From Gammaproteobacteria bacterium (GTDB taxonomy: Bacteria; Pseudomonadota; Gammaproteobacteria; Eutrophobiales; Eutrophobiaceae): a stretch of 64,000 nucleotides of DNA. Position 1 is the stretch's first letter, and every line of letters begins with the position of its first letter. This document shows, piece after piece, positions 10,313-22,591 of the stretch. The position numbers were made by a program, and so were the translations under genes. The stretch lies in the NCBI GenBank assembly GCA_965215365.1, contig CBDCDS010000003.1, forward strand, positions 1,504,001-1,568,000. Direction: 5' to 3'. Below the pieces are notes generated by a model. That model was not told the DNA's origin, did not search any database, and worked only from the letters and a program-made list of their open reading frames with translations.

Positions 10313-13201
10313 ATGAGCAACGCCAACCCGGTGGATTTTTTCAGCGCCAACTCCGCGTTTATCGAGGATGTCTACGCGCGCTATGTTGAAAACCCACAGC
10401 AGGTGGGCGCTGACTGGCGCCGTTATTTTGACGGGTTACAAGCCGGCGAGGGCGCGCCTGAAGCGCCGCGGGTTGGAGCCGACAAAAGCAGCCCGACGGA
10501 CGCGCCTGAACCCCCGGCAGCGGCCGCCCGCCCGCCAACAGCGGCGCAAGCCCCGGCTGCGGTGAATACGGATAACAAGAAGCAGGCCTCGGTGTTGCAG
10601 TTGATCAACGCCCATCGTTTCCGCGGGCATCAGCAGGCAGACCTGGACCCACTGAAACAATATGAGCGCCCGAAAGTGCCGGAACTGGACCCGGACTACT
10701 ACAATTTCACGGAGGCAGATCTGAGTCGGGTTTTCAATACCGGTTCCCTGTTTGCGCCGGACGAACTCACGCTGGCGGAAATTTTTTATATCGTCAAAGG
10801 CACGTACTGCCGGACCATTGGTGCCGAGTACATGCACATTAACGAAACGGAGCAAAAGCGCTGGATCCAGCGCCGGCTGGAAGAATCCGAGGGCCGTCAC
10901 CGCTTCTCCAACGAAAAGCGCAAGCACATCCTCGAACGGGTGATTGCCGCCAACGCGTTGGAAGAATACCTGCACCGGAAATACGTGGGGCAGAAACGCT
11001 TTTCCCTAGAGGGCGGCGAGGCTTTGATTCCATTGCTGGACGAACTGGTGCAGTCGGGCGGCGCCGCCGGGGTGCGCGAGGCGGTGATCGGTATGGCCCA
11101 TCGCGGCCGGCTAAATGTCCTAGTCAACATCATCGGTAAACTGCCCGGGGAATTATTCGATGAATTTGAAGGCGGCAACCAAGAGCAGGACATCGCAACC
11201 AAGCGCTCTGGCGATGTCAAATACCACCTAGGTTATTCCTCCGATATACAAACATCGGGCGGCGTGATCCATTTGACCTTATCGTTTAACCCCTCTCATC
11301 TTGAGATTATCGACCCGGTGGTGGAAGGTTCGGTACGGGCGCGCCAGGACCGGCGCCGCGACAAGTCCCGCACCCAGGTGCTGCCGATCATTATTCATGG
11401 CGATGCCGCATTTGCCGGTCAGGGCGTGGTGATGGAGACTTTCAACCTGTCCCAGACCCGCGGCTACAGCACCGGCGGCACCGTGCATATCATCGTCAAC
11501 AACCAGATCGGCTTCACCACCAGCGACCCACTGGACTCGCGCTCGACCTTGTACTGTTCGGATGTCGCCAAGATGGTGCAGGCGCCCATTTTCCATGTCA
11601 ACGGCGATGATCCCGACGCAGTGGTGTACGCGGCTAGGCTGGCCCTGGACTTTCGCATGGAATTCAAGAAGGACGTGGTGATCGACATGGTCTGTTACCG
11701 CCGCCACGGCCACAGTGAAGCGGATGAGCCGGCAGCCACCCAGCCCCTCATGTATCGCAAGATCAGGCAACACCGGAACGTCAGGGAGATCCACGGCGAC
11801 CGTCTGGTAAAAGAACAGGTGGTCACCCACGATGACATCCGCAAAATTCATGACGACTACATCGAAGCGCTGGAGGCCAACCGGGTGGTGGCGGGGGCCA
11901 GGGCCAGCAACGCGGATTTAAGGTTCCTGATCAACTATGAACCGTTCAGGAAAACGCCATGGGATATGCGCGTCGACACGGCTATCAGCCCCATGCTGGT
12001 GCCCCGCCTGACGGAGCGTTTTACCACCGTGCCAGAGCATTTTACCTTGCACCCGACCGTGGCAAAGATCATCGAGAACCGCAAAAAAATGGGCGCAGGA
12101 GAGCTGCCACTGGACTGGGGTTATGCCGAAACCCTGGCTTATGCCAGCCTGCTTGATGCCGGTTTCCCGGTGCGTATTTCCGGCCAGGACAGCGCCCGCG
12201 GCACCTTCTTCCATCGTCATGCCGTGATCCACAACCAGGATGACGGCGATACCTATCTGCCGCTGCAACACCTCAGCGCTGAGCAGCCTTCGTTCCTGGC
12301 CATCAACTCGACCCTGTCCGAAGAGGCCGTGCTCGCCTTTGACTACGGTTACAGCAGTGCCGAACCCAACGCGCTGGTGATCTGGGAAGCCCAGTTCGGT
12401 GACTTCGCCAACGGCGCACAGGTCGTGTTCGACCAGTTCATCAGTTCCTGCGAGGCGAAATGGGATCGGTTCTGCGGGCTGACGGTATTTTTACCGCATG
12501 GCTATGATGGTCAGGGACCGGAACATTCCTCTGCCAGGCTGGAGCGTTTCCTGCAGCTCTGCGCCCGGGAAAACATGCAGGTCTGCCATCCGAGCACCCC
12601 GGCCCAGATGTTCCACCTGTTGCGGCGTCAGGTCATCCGCCCGTATCGCAAACCGCTGATCGTGATGAGCCCGAAGAGCCTGCTACGGCATAAATTGTCC
12701 ACCTCCACGCTGGACAAGGTGACCGGTGGCGAGTTCAAACTGGTGATCGATGAAATAGATGACAACATAGACCGACAAGCGGTCACGCGCCTGCTGATTT
12801 GCAGCGGCAAGGTCTATTACGACCTGTTGGAAGCACGGCGCGCCAATGACATCCGCAATATTGCGATTATTCGTCTGGAACAGTTATTTCCGTTCCCGCA
12901 ACTGGAAATGAAACACGTGATTGACGCATACCCGAATGCCAATGAAGTGGTGTGGGTGCAGGAGGAGCCGAAAAACCAGGGCAGCTGGTACTATATGCAA
13001 TCCCGGGGCACCATGATCGGCTGTTTGAGCGAGCGCCATGTGTTCGGTTATGCCGGTCGCATCTACTCGGCTTCCCCGGCGGTTGGCTACCTGAGCCTGC
13101 ACCTAGCGCGGCAGAAGAAACTGATCGACGATGCCCTGCAACTGGAAAGGATGGAAGTCACCACGCACATGCAGGAGCAACGCACGCTGGGCATCAGGTA
13201 G
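10313..13201 (+). CDS. sucA: 2-oxoglutarate dehydrogenase E1
   Basis: KRFSLEGGE, GMAHRGRLN, HGDAAFAGQG, WEAQFGDFANGAQ. Confidence 0.97.
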   Translation: MSNANPVDFFSANSAFIEDVYARYVENPQQVGADWRRYFDGLQAGEGAPEAPRVGADKSSPTDAPEPPAAAARPPTAAQAPAAVNTDNKKQASVLQLINAHRFRGHQQADLDPLKQYERPKVPELDPDYYNFTEADLSRVFNTGSLFAPDELTLAEIFYIVKGTYCRTIGAEYMHINETEQKRWIQRRLEESEGRHRFSNEKRKHILERVIAANALEEYLHRKYVGQKRFSLEGGEALIPLLDELVQSGGAAGVREAVIGMAHRGRLNVLVNIIGKLPGELFDEFEGGNQEQDIATKRSGDVKYHLGYSSDIQTSGGVIHLTLSFNPSHLEIIDPVVEGSVRARQDRRRDKSRTQVLPIIIHGDAAFAGQGVVMETFNLSQTRGYSTGGTVHIIVNNQIGFTTSDPLDSRSTLYCSDVAKMVQAPIFHVNGDDPDAVVYAARLALDFRMEFKKDVVIDMVCYRRHGHSEADEPAATQPLMYRKIRQHRNVREIHGDRLVKEQVVTHDDIRKIHDDYIEALEANRVVAGARASNADLRFLINYEPFRKTPWDMRVDTAISPMLVPRLTERFTTVPEHFTLHPTVAKIIENRKKMGAGELPLDWGYAETLAYASLLDAGFPVRISGQDSARGTFFHRHAVIHNQDDGDTYLPLQHLSAEQPSFLAINSTLSEEAVLAFDYGYSSAEPNALVIWEAQFGDFANGAQVVFDQFISSCEAKWDRFCGLTVFLPHGYDGQGPEHSSARLERFLQLCARENMQVCHPSTPAQMFHLLRRQVIRPYRKPLIVMSPKSLLRHKLSTSTLDKVTGGEFKLVIDEIDDNIDRQAVTRLLICSGKVYYDLLEARRANDIRNIAIIRLEQLFPFPQLEMKHVIDAYPNANEVVWVQEEPKNQGSWYYMQSRGTMIGCLSERHVFGYAGRIYSASPAVGYLSLHLARQKKLIDDALQLERMEVTTHMQEQRTLGIR

Positions 13202-13277
13202 GCGCAACCGCGTCTTTGAACATGGCGTATAGCCCGGTACTGCAAGGCACCTCTAAATCCAATCACAGGAGAATATA

Positions 13278-14723
13278 GTGTTAGTTGAAGTCAGAGTCCC
13301 GATGCTGGCCGAATCAGTCGCTGAGGCCACCTTGATGGATTGGCACAAACAGCCGGGTGACGCGGTGAAATTCGGCGACGTACTTATCGATATAGAGACG
13401 GACAAAGTCACCTTGGAAATCGTCGCGCCGGAAGACGGCACACTGGCGGAGGTGCTGAAAAACGGCGGTGAAGATGTCGCCAGCAACGAGTTACTGGCGC
13501 AGATTGATACCGGCGGCGACGCCACCGCGTCTTCCCCGGCCGCGCCCGAGAGCCGGTCACAGGAACAACCCGCCGCGCCGGAACCGGCGGCCGTGCCGGA
13601 AAAGACGCAACAGTCACTGCTGGCGGACGTTGCAGATAGTGCCGCGCCACCGCCGGCCGCTGGCACCTCGACTGACGGCGTGACAACCTCACCGAAACTC
13701 AGCCCCGCGGTAAGAAACCTGTTACGCGAACATAACCTGGAGGTTGGCGAGATCCCGATACAGGGCGACAGGCTTACCAAAAAGGCGGTGCTGAACTTCC
13801 TCAAAGACAGGCAACAGCAGACCGCTGTGAGCAAGCCGGCCGCGCCGGCGGAGACTCCTCTGGTGGCAGACCCCGCAGCGCCGACAGAGGCTCCCGCACC
13901 GGCAGACGCCGCGGCACCGACAGAGACTTCTGCAGGCGCAGACCAGGCTGAGCAACAACCGCCCGCTCCTGACCGGAAACCGGCCACCCGGGCCGCGACC
14001 GAAGCGGTAGCGCCACCCACGCGGGCCGACGAGAAACGCGTGCCCATGACCCGCCTGCGGCGGCGCGCAGCGGAACGCCTGTTGGCGGCGCAGCGGGAAA
14101 ATGCCATTCTCACTACCTTCAACGAAGTCAATATGAAACCGGTGCTGGACTTGCGCCAACGCTACCGGGAGAGTTTCGAACAGGCCCATCATGTCAAGCT
14201 GGGTTTCATGTCGTTCTTCACCAAGGCGGTGGTGGAAGCGCTCAGGAAGTTTCCGTTGTTGAACGCCTCGGTGGACGGCACCGATATTGTCTATCACGAC
14301 TATTTCGATGTCGGCATTGCCGTCAGTTCGCCGCGCGGGCTGGTGGTGCCGGTATTACGCGCCGCGGACCGGCTCAGCTTTGCCGAGATCGAAAAAAATA
14401 TCAGCGCCTACGGCCAGAAGGCCCGCGACGCAAAACTCACCATAGAGGACCTGAGCGGTGGCACCTTTACCATTACTAACGGCGGCGTGTTCGGCTCGCT
14501 GTTATCCACGCCTATCATCAACCCGCCGCAAAGTGCTATCCTGGGCATGCATAAAATTGAGGAACGCCCCATTGCACAAGACGGCGCGGTGGTGATCCGA
14601 CCGATGATGTATCTGGCGCTGTCTTATGACCACCGTATCATTGACGGGCGTGAAGCCGTGTCGTTCCTGGTGACCGTCAAAGAAGCGCTGGAAGACCCCT
14701 CGCGCCTGCTGTTACAAATCTGA
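13278..14723 (+). CDS. sucB: Dihydrolipoamide succinyltransferase E2
   Basis: Lipoyl ETDKV, long Ala/Pro linkers, YDHRIIDG. Confidence 0.95.
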   Translation: MLVEVRVPMLAESVAEATLMDWHKQPGDAVKFGDVLIDIETDKVTLEIVAPEDGTLAEVLKNGGEDVASNELLAQIDTGGDATASSPAAPESRSQEQPAAPEPAAVPEKTQQSLLADVADSAAPPPAAGTSTDGVTTSPKLSPAVRNLLREHNLEVGEIPIQGDRLTKKAVLNFLKDRQQQTAVSKPAAPAETPLVADPAAPTEAPAPADAAAPTETSAGADQAEQQPPAPDRKPATRAATEAVAPPTRADEKRVPMTRLRRRAAERLLAAQRENAILTTFNEVNMKPVLDLRQRYRESFEQAHHVKLGFMSFFTKAVVEALRKFPLLNASVDGTDIVYHDYFDVGIAVSSPRGLVVPVLRAADRLSFAEIEKNISAYGQKARDAKLTIEDLSGGTFTITNGGVFGSLLSTPIINPPQSAILGMHKIEERPIAQDGAVVIRPMMYLALSYDHRIIDGREAVSFLVTVKEALEDPSRLLLQI

Positions 14724-14762
14724 ACATGGCGATAGCAGGTTGAAAGAGTACGGTATTGCGCC

Positions 14763-16187
14763 ATGAAAAAGTATGACGTAGTCGTGATCGGCGCGGGGCC
14801 GGGAGGCTACCTCAGCGCCATCCGTTGCGCGCAGCTGGGGTTGGTCACGGCCTGTGTGGATGGCGAGCTCAGCGCCAACGGCAAACCCACCCTGGGCGGC
14901 ACTTGCCTGAACAAGGGCTGTATCCCGTCCAAGGCCCTGCTTGATTCATCCCATCATTACAGCTTCGTCAAAGACCACGCGGCGGAACACGGCATCAATG
15001 TCTCCGGCGTCAGGATAGACCTGCACAAGATGCTCAACCGCAAGGAGCGGGTGGTACAGAAGCTGACCCGGGGTATTGCCGGGCTGTTCAAAAAGAACGG
15101 GGTGGACTGGTTGCAGGGTCAGGGTAAGCTGCTGGGGGATAACCATGTCGAGGTAACGCCAGATGGCAAGCAGCCGCCCGAGCCTTACCGGGTTGCTGCA
15201 AAAAACATCATTATTGCCACCGGCTCGATGCCGGCAAAACTACCCGTTGCCGCAGTTGACCAGAACCGGATCGTCGATTCCACCGGCGCGCTGGCTTTCA
15301 CAGAAGTGCCGAAGCGCTTGGGCATTATCGGCGCCGGGGTTATCGGCCTGGAGTTGGGCAGCGTCTGGAGCAGGATGGGCGCTGAGGTGGTTATCCTGGA
15401 AGCGCTGGATGAGTTGCTGGCGCCGGTGGATCGGGATATTGCCGTGGCTGCGGCGAAGCTTTTTGAGAAACAGGGACTGGACATCCGGTTGGGCGCCCGA
15501 GTCATGGGCACCGGTCTTAACAACCATGAGGTCAGTGTCTCCTACGAACAGGCCGGGGAGAAACAAAAGCAGGTTTTCGACAAGCTGGTGGTAGCCACCG
15601 GACGTTCTCCTAATATTGCCGGGCTCGGTGCCGAAGAGGCCGGGCTGGCCCTGAACCGGAGCGGTGGTATCCAGGTTGACAACTATTGCGCTACCAACCT
15701 GCCGGGGGTTTATGCTATCGGCGATGTGGTGCGCGGCCCGATGCTGGCGCATAAGGCCGCTGAGGAAGGGGTCATGGTGGCCGAACGCCTGGCCGGACAT
15801 GACTGCGAACTCAATCTGGAACTGGTACCCTGGGTCATCTACACCTGGCCTGAGATAGCTTGGGTGGGTAAAACCGAACACGAGCTGGAAACTGCCGGAG
15901 AAAAATACAAGTCCGGGCTGTTTCCCATCGCTGCCAGCGGCCGCGCGCAAGCCGCTGGGAATGTCGAGGGCACGATAAAAATGCTCAGCGCAGCCGACAG
16001 CGACTGCCTGCTCGGTGTCCATATCCTGGCGCCGAATGCCTCGGAGCTGGTGGCCGAAGCGGTGCTGGCCATGGCATTCGACGGCAGCGCCGAGGATATC
16101 GCCCGCACCATCCACGCCCACCCGACCCTGTCCGAAGCCATACACGAAGCGGCGCTGGCCACCGACCAGCGCGCGCTGCATATCTGA
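14763..16187 (+). CDS. lpdA: Dihydrolipoamide dehydrogenase
   Basis: GAGPGG, GGTCLNKGCIPSK, HAHPTLSE. Confidence 0.96.
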   Translation: MKKYDVVVIGAGPGGYLSAIRCAQLGLVTACVDGELSANGKPTLGGTCLNKGCIPSKALLDSSHHYSFVKDHAAEHGINVSGVRIDLHKMLNRKERVVQKLTRGIAGLFKKNGVDWLQGQGKLLGDNHVEVTPDGKQPPEPYRVAAKNIIIATGSMPAKLPVAAVDQNRIVDSTGALAFTEVPKRLGIIGAGVIGLELGSVWSRMGAEVVILEALDELLAPVDRDIAVAAAKLFEKQGLDIRLGARVMGTGLNNHEVSVSYEQAGEKQKQVFDKLVVATGRSPNIAGLGAEEAGLALNRSGGIQVDNYCATNLPGVYAIGDVVRGPMLAHKAAEEGVMVAERLAGHDCELNLELVPWVIYTWPEIAWVGKTEHELETAGEKYKSGLFPIAASGRAQAAGNVEGTIKMLSAADSDCLLGVHILAPNASELVAEAVLAMAFDGSAEDIARTIHAHPTLSEAIHEAALATDQRALHI

Positions 16188-16290
16188 CTACGCCTCAGCA
16201 TCCGTCATCTCCATTCCCGCCGTTTTGTGCATCGCAATCAGGTTGCTGTATAATGCCGCAGTCGTACCATAAATCCTTGAGGTAGCTAAC

Positions 16291-17472
16291 ATGACCCACG
16301 ACGCAGTCATCGTCGCTGCAGCCCGTACTCCCATCGGTTCCTTCGGTGGCGCACTCGCCAATACGCTGGCGCATACCCTGGGCGCGACCGTGATCCAGGC
16401 GCTACTGGAAAAAACCGGACTGGACCCGGCTCGGGTTGACGAGGTTATCCTAGGACAGGTGCTTACCGCCGGCGCCGGTCAGAACCCGGCGCGCCAGGCC
16501 GCCATTGCCGCGGGCCTGCCTGAGACAGTGCCGGCCATGACTATCAACAAGGTCTGCGGCAGTGGCCTGAAAGCCGTGCACCTTGCCGCCCAAGCCATCA
16601 AATGCGGCGATGCCGATGTCGTCATTGCCGGCGGCCAGGAAAACATGAGTCAGGCGCCGCACGTATTGCCCAAATCCCGCGTCGGCACCAAAATGGGCGA
16701 CTGGAAGCTGCTCGACTCCATGATCATCGACGGCTTGTGGGATGCTTTTAACGACTACCACATGGGTATGACCGCGGAAAACATCGTGAACAGGTTCAGG
16801 ATTACGCGGGAAGAACAGGACCGCTTTGCCGCGCATTCCCAGCAAAAAACCGAACAGGCCCAGGCTGACGGAGTATTCGCGGACGAGATCGTGCCCGTGA
16901 GCATTCCGCAACGCCGCGGCGACCCCATCGTATTCGACCGCGACGAGTATCCGAAATCGGGCGTTACTGAAGAGAAAATTGCGAAGTTGCGTCCGGCTTT
17001 TACGCGCGAAGGGACGGTCACTGCGGCCAATGCCTCCGGTCTCAATGACGGTGCCGCGGCGGTGATTGTCACCGCGCGCGCCAAGGCCGAGGCCCTGGGC
17101 CTGTCACCGCTGGCCACCATCAGCGCTTATGCCAGTGCCGGCGTCGAGCCCGCCATCATGGGTACCGGGCCGATACCGGCCAGCCAGCGCTGCCTGGAAA
17201 AAGCCGGCTGGACGGTAGCCGATCTGGACCTGATCGAGGCCAATGAGGCGTTCGCCGCGCAAGCTATCTCCGTTAACAATGGCTTAGGCTGGGATACGGC
17301 GAAAGTGAACGTGCACGGTGGCGCCATCGCCCTCGGGCACCCCATCGGCGCGTCCGGCTGCCGGGTGCTGGTCACGTTGCTCCATGCCATGCAACGCCGG
17401 GACGCACACAAGGGGCTGGCTACCTTGTGCATCGGCGGGGGTCAGGGCGTCGCCCTGGCTGTATCAAGATAA
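16291..17472 (+). CDS. phaA: Acetyl-CoA acetyltransferase (beta-ketothiolase)
   Basis: [25 protein letters not shown]; adjacent to phaR. Confidence 0.9.
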   Translation: MTHDAVIVAAARTPIGSFGGALANTLAHTLGATVIQALLEKTGLDPARVDEVILGQVLTAGAGQNPARQAAIAAGLPETVPAMTINKVCGSGLKAVHLAAQAIKCGDADVVIAGGQENMSQAPHVLPKSRVGTKMGDWKLLDSMIIDGLWDAFNDYHMGMTAENIVNRFRITREEQDRFAAHSQQKTEQAQADGVFADEIVPVSIPQRRGDPIVFDRDEYPKSGVTEEKIAKLRPAFTREGTVTAANASGLNDGAAAVIVTARAKAEALGLSPLATISAYASAGVEPAIMGTGPIPASQRCLEKAGWTVADLDLIEANEAFAAQAISVNNGLGWDTAKVNVHGGAIALGHPIGASGCRVLVTLLHAMQRRDAHKGLATLCIGGGQGVALAVSR

Positions 17473-17490
17473 ATCACTCGAGTCACGCTC

Positions 17491-17964
17491 ATGCGCACCA
17501 TCAAGAAATACCCCAACCGTCGTCTCTACGACACTGAGATCAGCCGCTATATCACCTTGGATGATGTCAGGAAGCTGGTGCTGAGCGGCATCGATATATG
17601 CGTCACGGATGTCAAGACCGAGGAAGATCTGACCCGTAGCGTGCTGCTGCAGATCATCGCCGAGCAGGAACACGAAGGCAAACCCATTTTCAACACGCTG
17701 ATGCTGACCCAACTCATCCGCTTCTACGGCAACGCCTACCAGTCCGCGTTCAGCGATTACCTGCAACAAAGCCTAGAAATGTTCACCGCGCAACAACAGA
17801 ACATACAAAAAAACCTGGAGCAAGCAGTCACCGGCAACCCCATCACCACCACCATGAACGAACTGACAGAACGCAACCTGGACGCCTGGAGGCAACTGCA
17901 GAACAGCTTCTTCCAGGCCACCGGATTTACCGGCAACGACGGTAAACGCGAGGAAGGCGACTGA
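17491..17964 (+). CDS. phaR: Polyhydroxyalkanoate synthesis repressor
   Basis: IKKYPNRRLYDTEISRYITL...DLTRSVLLQII. Confidence 0.92.
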   Translation: MRTIKKYPNRRLYDTEISRYITLDDVRKLVLSGIDICVTDVKTEEDLTRSVLLQIIAEQEHEGKPIFNTLMLTQLIRFYGNAYQSAFSDYLQQSLEMFTAQQQNIQKNLEQAVTGNPITTTMNELTERNLDAWRQLQNSFFQATGFTGNDGKREEGD

Positions 17965-18046
17965 TCTGCCGAGGGATAGCTGGATATGCGGGTTAGTGCT
18001 TCCGTTTACCTTATACCCGGGTATTGAAGCACGTTGTTGCGACGTT

Positions 18047-18595
18047 TCACGGGCGGCAGGTCAGCACCTGTGCCAAGGGCGGGCGTTGCGCTGTCGGCAC
18101 TGTGGTTGGGAAGCCGTACCAGAATAACCCCACCAGCTGTTCCCGGTCGGGGTCGGCGCCGATGATGTCATAGAACTCTCTGGTTCGGGTCACCGTGCCG
18201 GTCGTCCATTTCACCCCGATGCCTTGCTCCCATAACAGCAGCATCAGGTTTTGGGCGGCACAGCAACAGGACGCGTAGTTTTCCTGCATGGTGAGCGCGT
18301 CATCCGCTTTCCGGCTGGTCAGCGCCAGCCAGCCGGGCGCTTCACGCCAGCGCCTGAGCTTGATCTGCGCGGCCCGCTCGCCCTGCTTCTCATCGACAAG
18401 CCTTGCATTCAGCAGGCAGATGCGCTCCTTGCTCTGCGCGCCCAGCAGGTAGAAGCGCCAGGGTTGTGTCAGGCGATGGTTCGGCGCCCAGACTGACTGC
18501 GCCATGGCTGTGCGCACGACGGCCTCATCCGGCAGGTTGCCGGGTTGGAACTGGTGGATGGTACGGCGGTTTCTGATGAGGTCTGTTATATTCAT
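18047..18595 (-). CDS. Nitroreductase family protein (YdjA-like)
   Basis: IRNRRTI, WAPNHRLTQPWRF, QNLMLLLWEQGIGVKWTTG. Confidence 0.85.
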   Translation of the reverse strand: MNITDLIRNRRTIHQFQPGNLPDEAVVRTAMAQSVWAPNHRLTQPWRFYLLGAQSKERICLLNARLVDEKQGERAAQIKLRRWREAPGWLALTSRKADDALTMQENYASCCCAAQNLMLLLWEQGIGVKWTTGTVTRTREFYDIIGADPDREQLVGLFWYGFPTTVPTAQRPPLAQVLTCRP

Positions 18596-18602
18596 TGGCG
18601 AC

Positions 18603-20120
18603 CTAAACCATATTCGACAAGTCGTTCAGCACATCGTCCACCAGGGCGCGGGATTGTTTGGCGGCGTCATTGCGTTGTCGGGACAGGTTGGCCAGATAAT
18701 CTTCACTCACATCATCGGTCAGGTAGGCACCGGTGAACACCGACATTTCAAAGCGGTCGATACGCGGGTTCCCTTCCCGGGCTGCTTCGATCAGGTCATC
18801 CACCTCTTGGTAGATCAACCAGTCGGCGCCGATGGCTGCACACACTTCATCTTCACTTTTGCCATGGGCAACCAGTTCCTCCGGGGTAGGGATGTCTATG
18901 CCGTAAACATTGGGGTACAACACCGGCGGCGCGGCGGAGGCGAAATACACTTTTGCCGCGCCGGCGTCGCGGGCCATCTGGATGATCTCGCCGGAGGTGG
19001 TGCCACGCACAATGGAATCATCCACCAGCAACACATTTTTACCCCGGAACTCCAGCCCGATTGCGTTCAGCTTCTGTCTTACCGACTTTTCCCTGACGCT
19101 TTGCCCGGGCATGATGAAGGTGCGCGGGATGTATCGGTTCTTGATAAACCCTTCCCGGTATTTCACCCCCAGTTCATAAGCCAGCGGCAGGGCTGCGGTG
19201 CGTCCCGTATCCGGGATCGGGATCACCACGTCGATGTCATGATCCGGACGCAGGCGCCGGATCTTTGCGGCCAGTTTTTCCCCCATGCGTAACCGCGTCT
19301 TGTACACGGAAATATTGTCGATGACGGAATCCGGCCGTGCCAGATAGACGTATTCAAAGATACAAGGCGCTTGCTGCGGTTCTGCCACGCACGGTTCTGC
19401 GTACAGTTCACCCCGGGCGCTGATGAAAATTGCCTCCCCCGGCGCCACGTCACGCGTCACGTCAAAGTCCAGGGCGTCCATGGCCACACTTTCGGAGGCG
19501 ACAACGTATTCCGTGCCTCGTTCGGTGACGCGCTCCCCGAAGATTAGCGGGCGGATGCCGAAGCGATCGCGAAACGCCAGCACGCCCACGCCGGAAATCA
19601 AGGCCGCGGCGGAATAGCCGCCGCGGCAACGCTGATTCAAGCGGCGCACTGCGGTAAAGATGTCTGCGGCAGTGAGGTCTTTTTTCAGCTTGCCGATACG
19701 CTGCAATTCAAACGCCAGAATGTTCAGCAGTACCTCGGAATCCGATCCCGTGTTGATATGCCGCAATTCATCTGTGATCAGGTCTTTTTTCAGCTCTTCG
19801 CTGTTGGTGAGATTGCCGTTATGCGCTAGGGCAATGCCGTAGGGGGAATTGACATAGAACGGCTGCGCCTCGGACGAGGAGTCACACCCGGCGGTGGGAT
19901 ACCTGAGGTGCCCGATACCCATGTTGCCCACCAGATTCAGCATCTGCGGGGCGCTGAACACATCCCTCACCAGGCCGTTGTTTTTGCAAAGATACAAGCG
20001 GGCATTGTCGCAGGTGACGATCCCGGCCGCATCCTGGCCGCGGTGCTGCAGGATGGTCAACCCATCAACCAACATCTGGTTGACGTTTGACTTCGCAACG
20101 ATGCCGACAATGCCGCACAT
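18603..20120 (-). CDS. purF: Amidophosphoribosyltransferase
   Basis: [23 protein letters not shown]. Confidence 0.97.
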   Translation of the reverse strand: MCGIVGIVAKSNVNQMLVDGLTILQHRGQDAAGIVTCDNARLYLCKNNGLVRDVFSAPQMLNLVGNMGIGHLRYPTAGCDSSSEAQPFYVNSPYGIALAHNGNLTNSEELKKDLITDELRHINTGSDSEVLLNILAFELQRIGKLKKDLTAADIFTAVRRLNQRCRGGYSAAALISGVGVLAFRDRFGIRPLIFGERVTERGTEYVVASESVAMDALDFDVTRDVAPGEAIFISARGELYAEPCVAEPQQAPCIFEYVYLARPDSVIDNISVYKTRLRMGEKLAAKIRRLRPDHDIDVVIPIPDTGRTAALPLAYELGVKYREGFIKNRYIPRTFIMPGQSVREKSVRQKLNAIGLEFRGKNVLLVDDSIVRGTTSGEIIQMARDAGAAKVYFASAAPPVLYPNVYGIDIPTPEELVAHGKSEDEVCAAIGADWLIYQEVDDLIEAAREGNPRIDRFEMSVFTGAYLTDDVSEDYLANLSRQRNDAAKQSRALVDDVLNDLSNMV

Positions 20121-20136
20121 GGCAGGCCCCGGTGCG

Positions 20137-20697
20137 TTACCCGGTCCCTACCGGGGAGCGGGAGGCCTGTTCGGCGGCCGGCGTTGGGGGCAGAGCTGGA
20201 GCCGGGGCCGGTTCGTAACGATGAGCGGCGGCAATATCTGCCGGCAGCAAGCCGCGCCCCCAGACGGCGACACGCTGGAACGGTTCCAGCAAAACCGCTT
20301 CATGCCACCATGCGTTTTTAGATGCTGCCGTGAAGCCCGCCAGGAACACGATGACGGTAATCAGTGCCGCGCCCAGTCCGGCCCCGAAGCAAAAACCCAG
20401 TGCCCTGTTGACGGCGGTCAACCCGGCCCGGTTAAACAATTTGATGACAAAGTGACCCAGCACGGTGAACGCCATCAGGCTGGCGATGAACACGCCCGCA
20501 AACGCCACAATGTCCCGCAGCAACGGGTCCAGGTGAGCCGCCAGCAACAACGAAACCCAACCACTGAATTCAGTTGCAACGAAGACCGCCAATAACCAGG
20601 CGGTGATGGACAACAGCACGTTCAACAACCCGTATAACAGCCCCAGGATTGCCGGCAGCAACAACAGCGCGAGAATGCCGATATCAATGCCTGGCAC
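20137..20697 (-). CDS. cvpA: Colicin V production protein
   Basis: Multi-TM protein, NRALGFCFG, located between dedD and purF. Confidence 0.85.
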   Translation of the reverse strand: MPGIDIGILALLLLPAILGLLYGLLNVLLSITAWLLAVFVATEFSGWVSLLLAAHLDPLLRDIVAFAGVFIASLMAFTVLGHFVIKLFNRAGLTAVNRALGFCFGAGLGAALITVIVFLAGFTAASKNAWWHEAVLLEPFQRVAVWGRGLLPADIAAAHRYEPAPAPALPPTPAAEQASRSPVGTG

Positions 20698-20734
20698 GAT
20701 CAGATTTCAAGCTGCGCCATCAGCATGGCCGCGC

Positions 20735-21244
20735 TCATGGATAATCGACAATGAAACCGTCCAGGTCCAGCTTCTTTTTCAGTTCGTCCTGCAGCGCCTC
20801 GACTTCCGAACGCAGTGCTTCCGGGCCTACTCTGACCTGATATAACGCGGAACCGTCCGTGGCTGTCACCGGCTCATCCACAATGTAGGAGCGGTAGCCG
20901 GCCGTACGTAACCTGTCATTGAGGGCCTCGGCATTGTTTCGGGAAAGACTGCCCACCTGCACAACCCATCCGGTCAAGGCGGCGCTCCGCGCACGGGCGC
21001 CCGACACCAAGGCATCGTTTGGCGCGCCGGTAGCGCCTGTCGCTCCCGCCCCGGATGCCACCTCGCCCGGCGCCGGAATGGGCGTTAAACGGGTACTGAA
21101 TTCTGTATCCGGCGGCGTCGGGATATTGGTGGTTTTGATGCCGCGCTCGACGCGGGTGTCATCCAGCGCCAGCGGGATCAATATCACTGCCAGCAACAGC
21201 AGCACCACGGCGCCGGTCAGTCTTTCTTTATGTTTCTGTTCCAC
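20735..21244 (-). CDS. dedD: SPOR-domain cell division protein
   Basis: KERLTGAVVL TM segment, WVVQVGS...YQVRVGP; synteny. Confidence 0.85.
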   Translation of the reverse strand: MEQKHKERLTGAVVLLLLAVILIPLALDDTRVERGIKTTNIPTPPDTEFSTRLTPIPAPGEVASGAGATGATGAPNDALVSGARARSAALTGWVVQVGSLSRNNAEALNDRLRTAGYRSYIVDEPVTATDGSALYQVRVGPEALRSEVEALQDELKKKLDLDGFIVDYP

Positions 21245-21250
21245 AGGGGC

Positions 21251-22591
21251 TTAGCAACTCCGCAGGTAATCAAGCGCGGCACCGACCGTGACGAACGAAC
21301 CGGTAACGATAATTCTATCACCGGCGCCGGCACCAGTCTCGGCCGCAGACAGGGCTTCAACAACGGTGTTAAATTGCTCGATCTTTTCCGCATCGGCATA
21401 TTTTTCCAGAGCGCGGCCCAATTCCGCCAGCCCCGCAGCACGTTCCTCGGGCAATTCAACCAGATACCAGTGATCGGCAATTTCCGTCAATTGCCTGAAT
21501 ACGGCATCATGATTCTTGTCTCTGAGCATGCCGATCACAACATGTGTTTCACCAAAGCCGGGGAGCTTTTTCACGTTCTCAACCAGCGCTGAGACTGCTT
21601 GCGGGTTATGCGCAACGTCCAGGATAAACGGATTTTTGCCGGGGATGGTCTGGAAGCGGCCGGCCAGTCGGAAATCCCGCAGGCAGGACTTGATCGTTTC
21701 CAGGCTGACCGGAAATTCCGCAGCCAGCACCTCCAGTGTCATCAATACGCCGGCGGCATTTTGTATCTGCCGGTTGTTATTGATGCCCGGTTTGGGCAGC
21801 CCGGTATGGACGCTGTCGGCGCAACGCCAGGTCCAACTATCGGCCTGTAGGGCGCTGCTGAAATCGCGGCCGGCCTGATACAGGCGCGCGCCCGTTTCCT
21901 GCGCACAGGCGGCGATGGACGGCGGCGGCGCCGGATCCGAACACACGGCAGGGCGTCCTGACCGGAAAATTCCCGCCTTCTCCCGGCCGATACTGTCCCT
22001 GTCATAGCCCAGCCATTGCTCGTGGTCCAGGTCTATGGTAACGACCAGAGCGACATCCGCATCGAGAATATTCACGGCATCCAGCCGCCCGCCCAGTCCC
22101 ACTTCCAGTATCACCATGTCAAGCTGCGCGTGTTGGAATATATCCAGCGCCGCCAGCGTGCCAAATTCAAAATACGTCAGGGAAATATCGCCGCGCGCCC
22201 GGTCGATGCGATCAAACGAAGCGCACAGTTGCGCATCCGTGACCTGCTTGCCGTCAACACAAATCCTTTCGTTGTAGCGGCTCAGGTGGGGAGATGTATA
22301 GGCACCTACCCGATAGCCGGCTTTTCTCAACATCGCATCCAGCATGGCCGCGCTGGAGCCTTTGCCGTTGGTGCCGGAGACGCTGATCACCTTGCTGTCC
22401 GGTTGTAGCAGGTCCAGCCTTTGCGCGACCTTATTGCAGCGATCCAGACCCAGCTCAATGGCGGTGAAATGCAGGCTCTCCTGCCACCTCAGCCAGTCAG
22501 TCAGGCAAGTGAACCTGGGGTTAAGCGCCAGCACAGGAGGCGCCAGCAGGGTGTTTGGAGTGCCGCTCATCAGGAACCGGGGTGATGACAC
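21251..22591 (-). CDS. folC: Folylpolyglutamate synthase / dihydrofolate synthase
   Basis: [31 protein letters not shown]; start uncertain. Confidence 0.95.
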   Translation of the reverse strand: MSSPRFLMSGTPNTLLAPPVLALNPRFTCLTDWLRWQESLHFTAIELGLDRCNKVAQRLDLLQPDSKVISVSGTNGKGSSAAMLDAMLRKAGYRVGAYTSPHLSRYNERICVDGKQVTDAQLCASFDRIDRARGDISLTYFEFGTLAALDIFQHAQLDMVILEVGLGGRLDAVNILDADVALVVTIDLDHEQWLGYDRDSIGREKAGIFRSGRPAVCSDPAPPPSIAACAQETGARLYQAGRDFSSALQADSWTWRCADSVHTGLPKPGINNNRQIQNAAGVLMTLEVLAAEFPVSLETIKSCLRDFRLAGRFQTIPGKNPFILDVAHNPQAVSALVENVKKLPGFGETHVVIGMLRDKNHDAVFRQLTEIADHWYLVELPEERAAGLAELGRALEKYADAEKIEQFNTVVEALSAAETGAGAGDRIIVTGSFVTVGAALDYLRSC

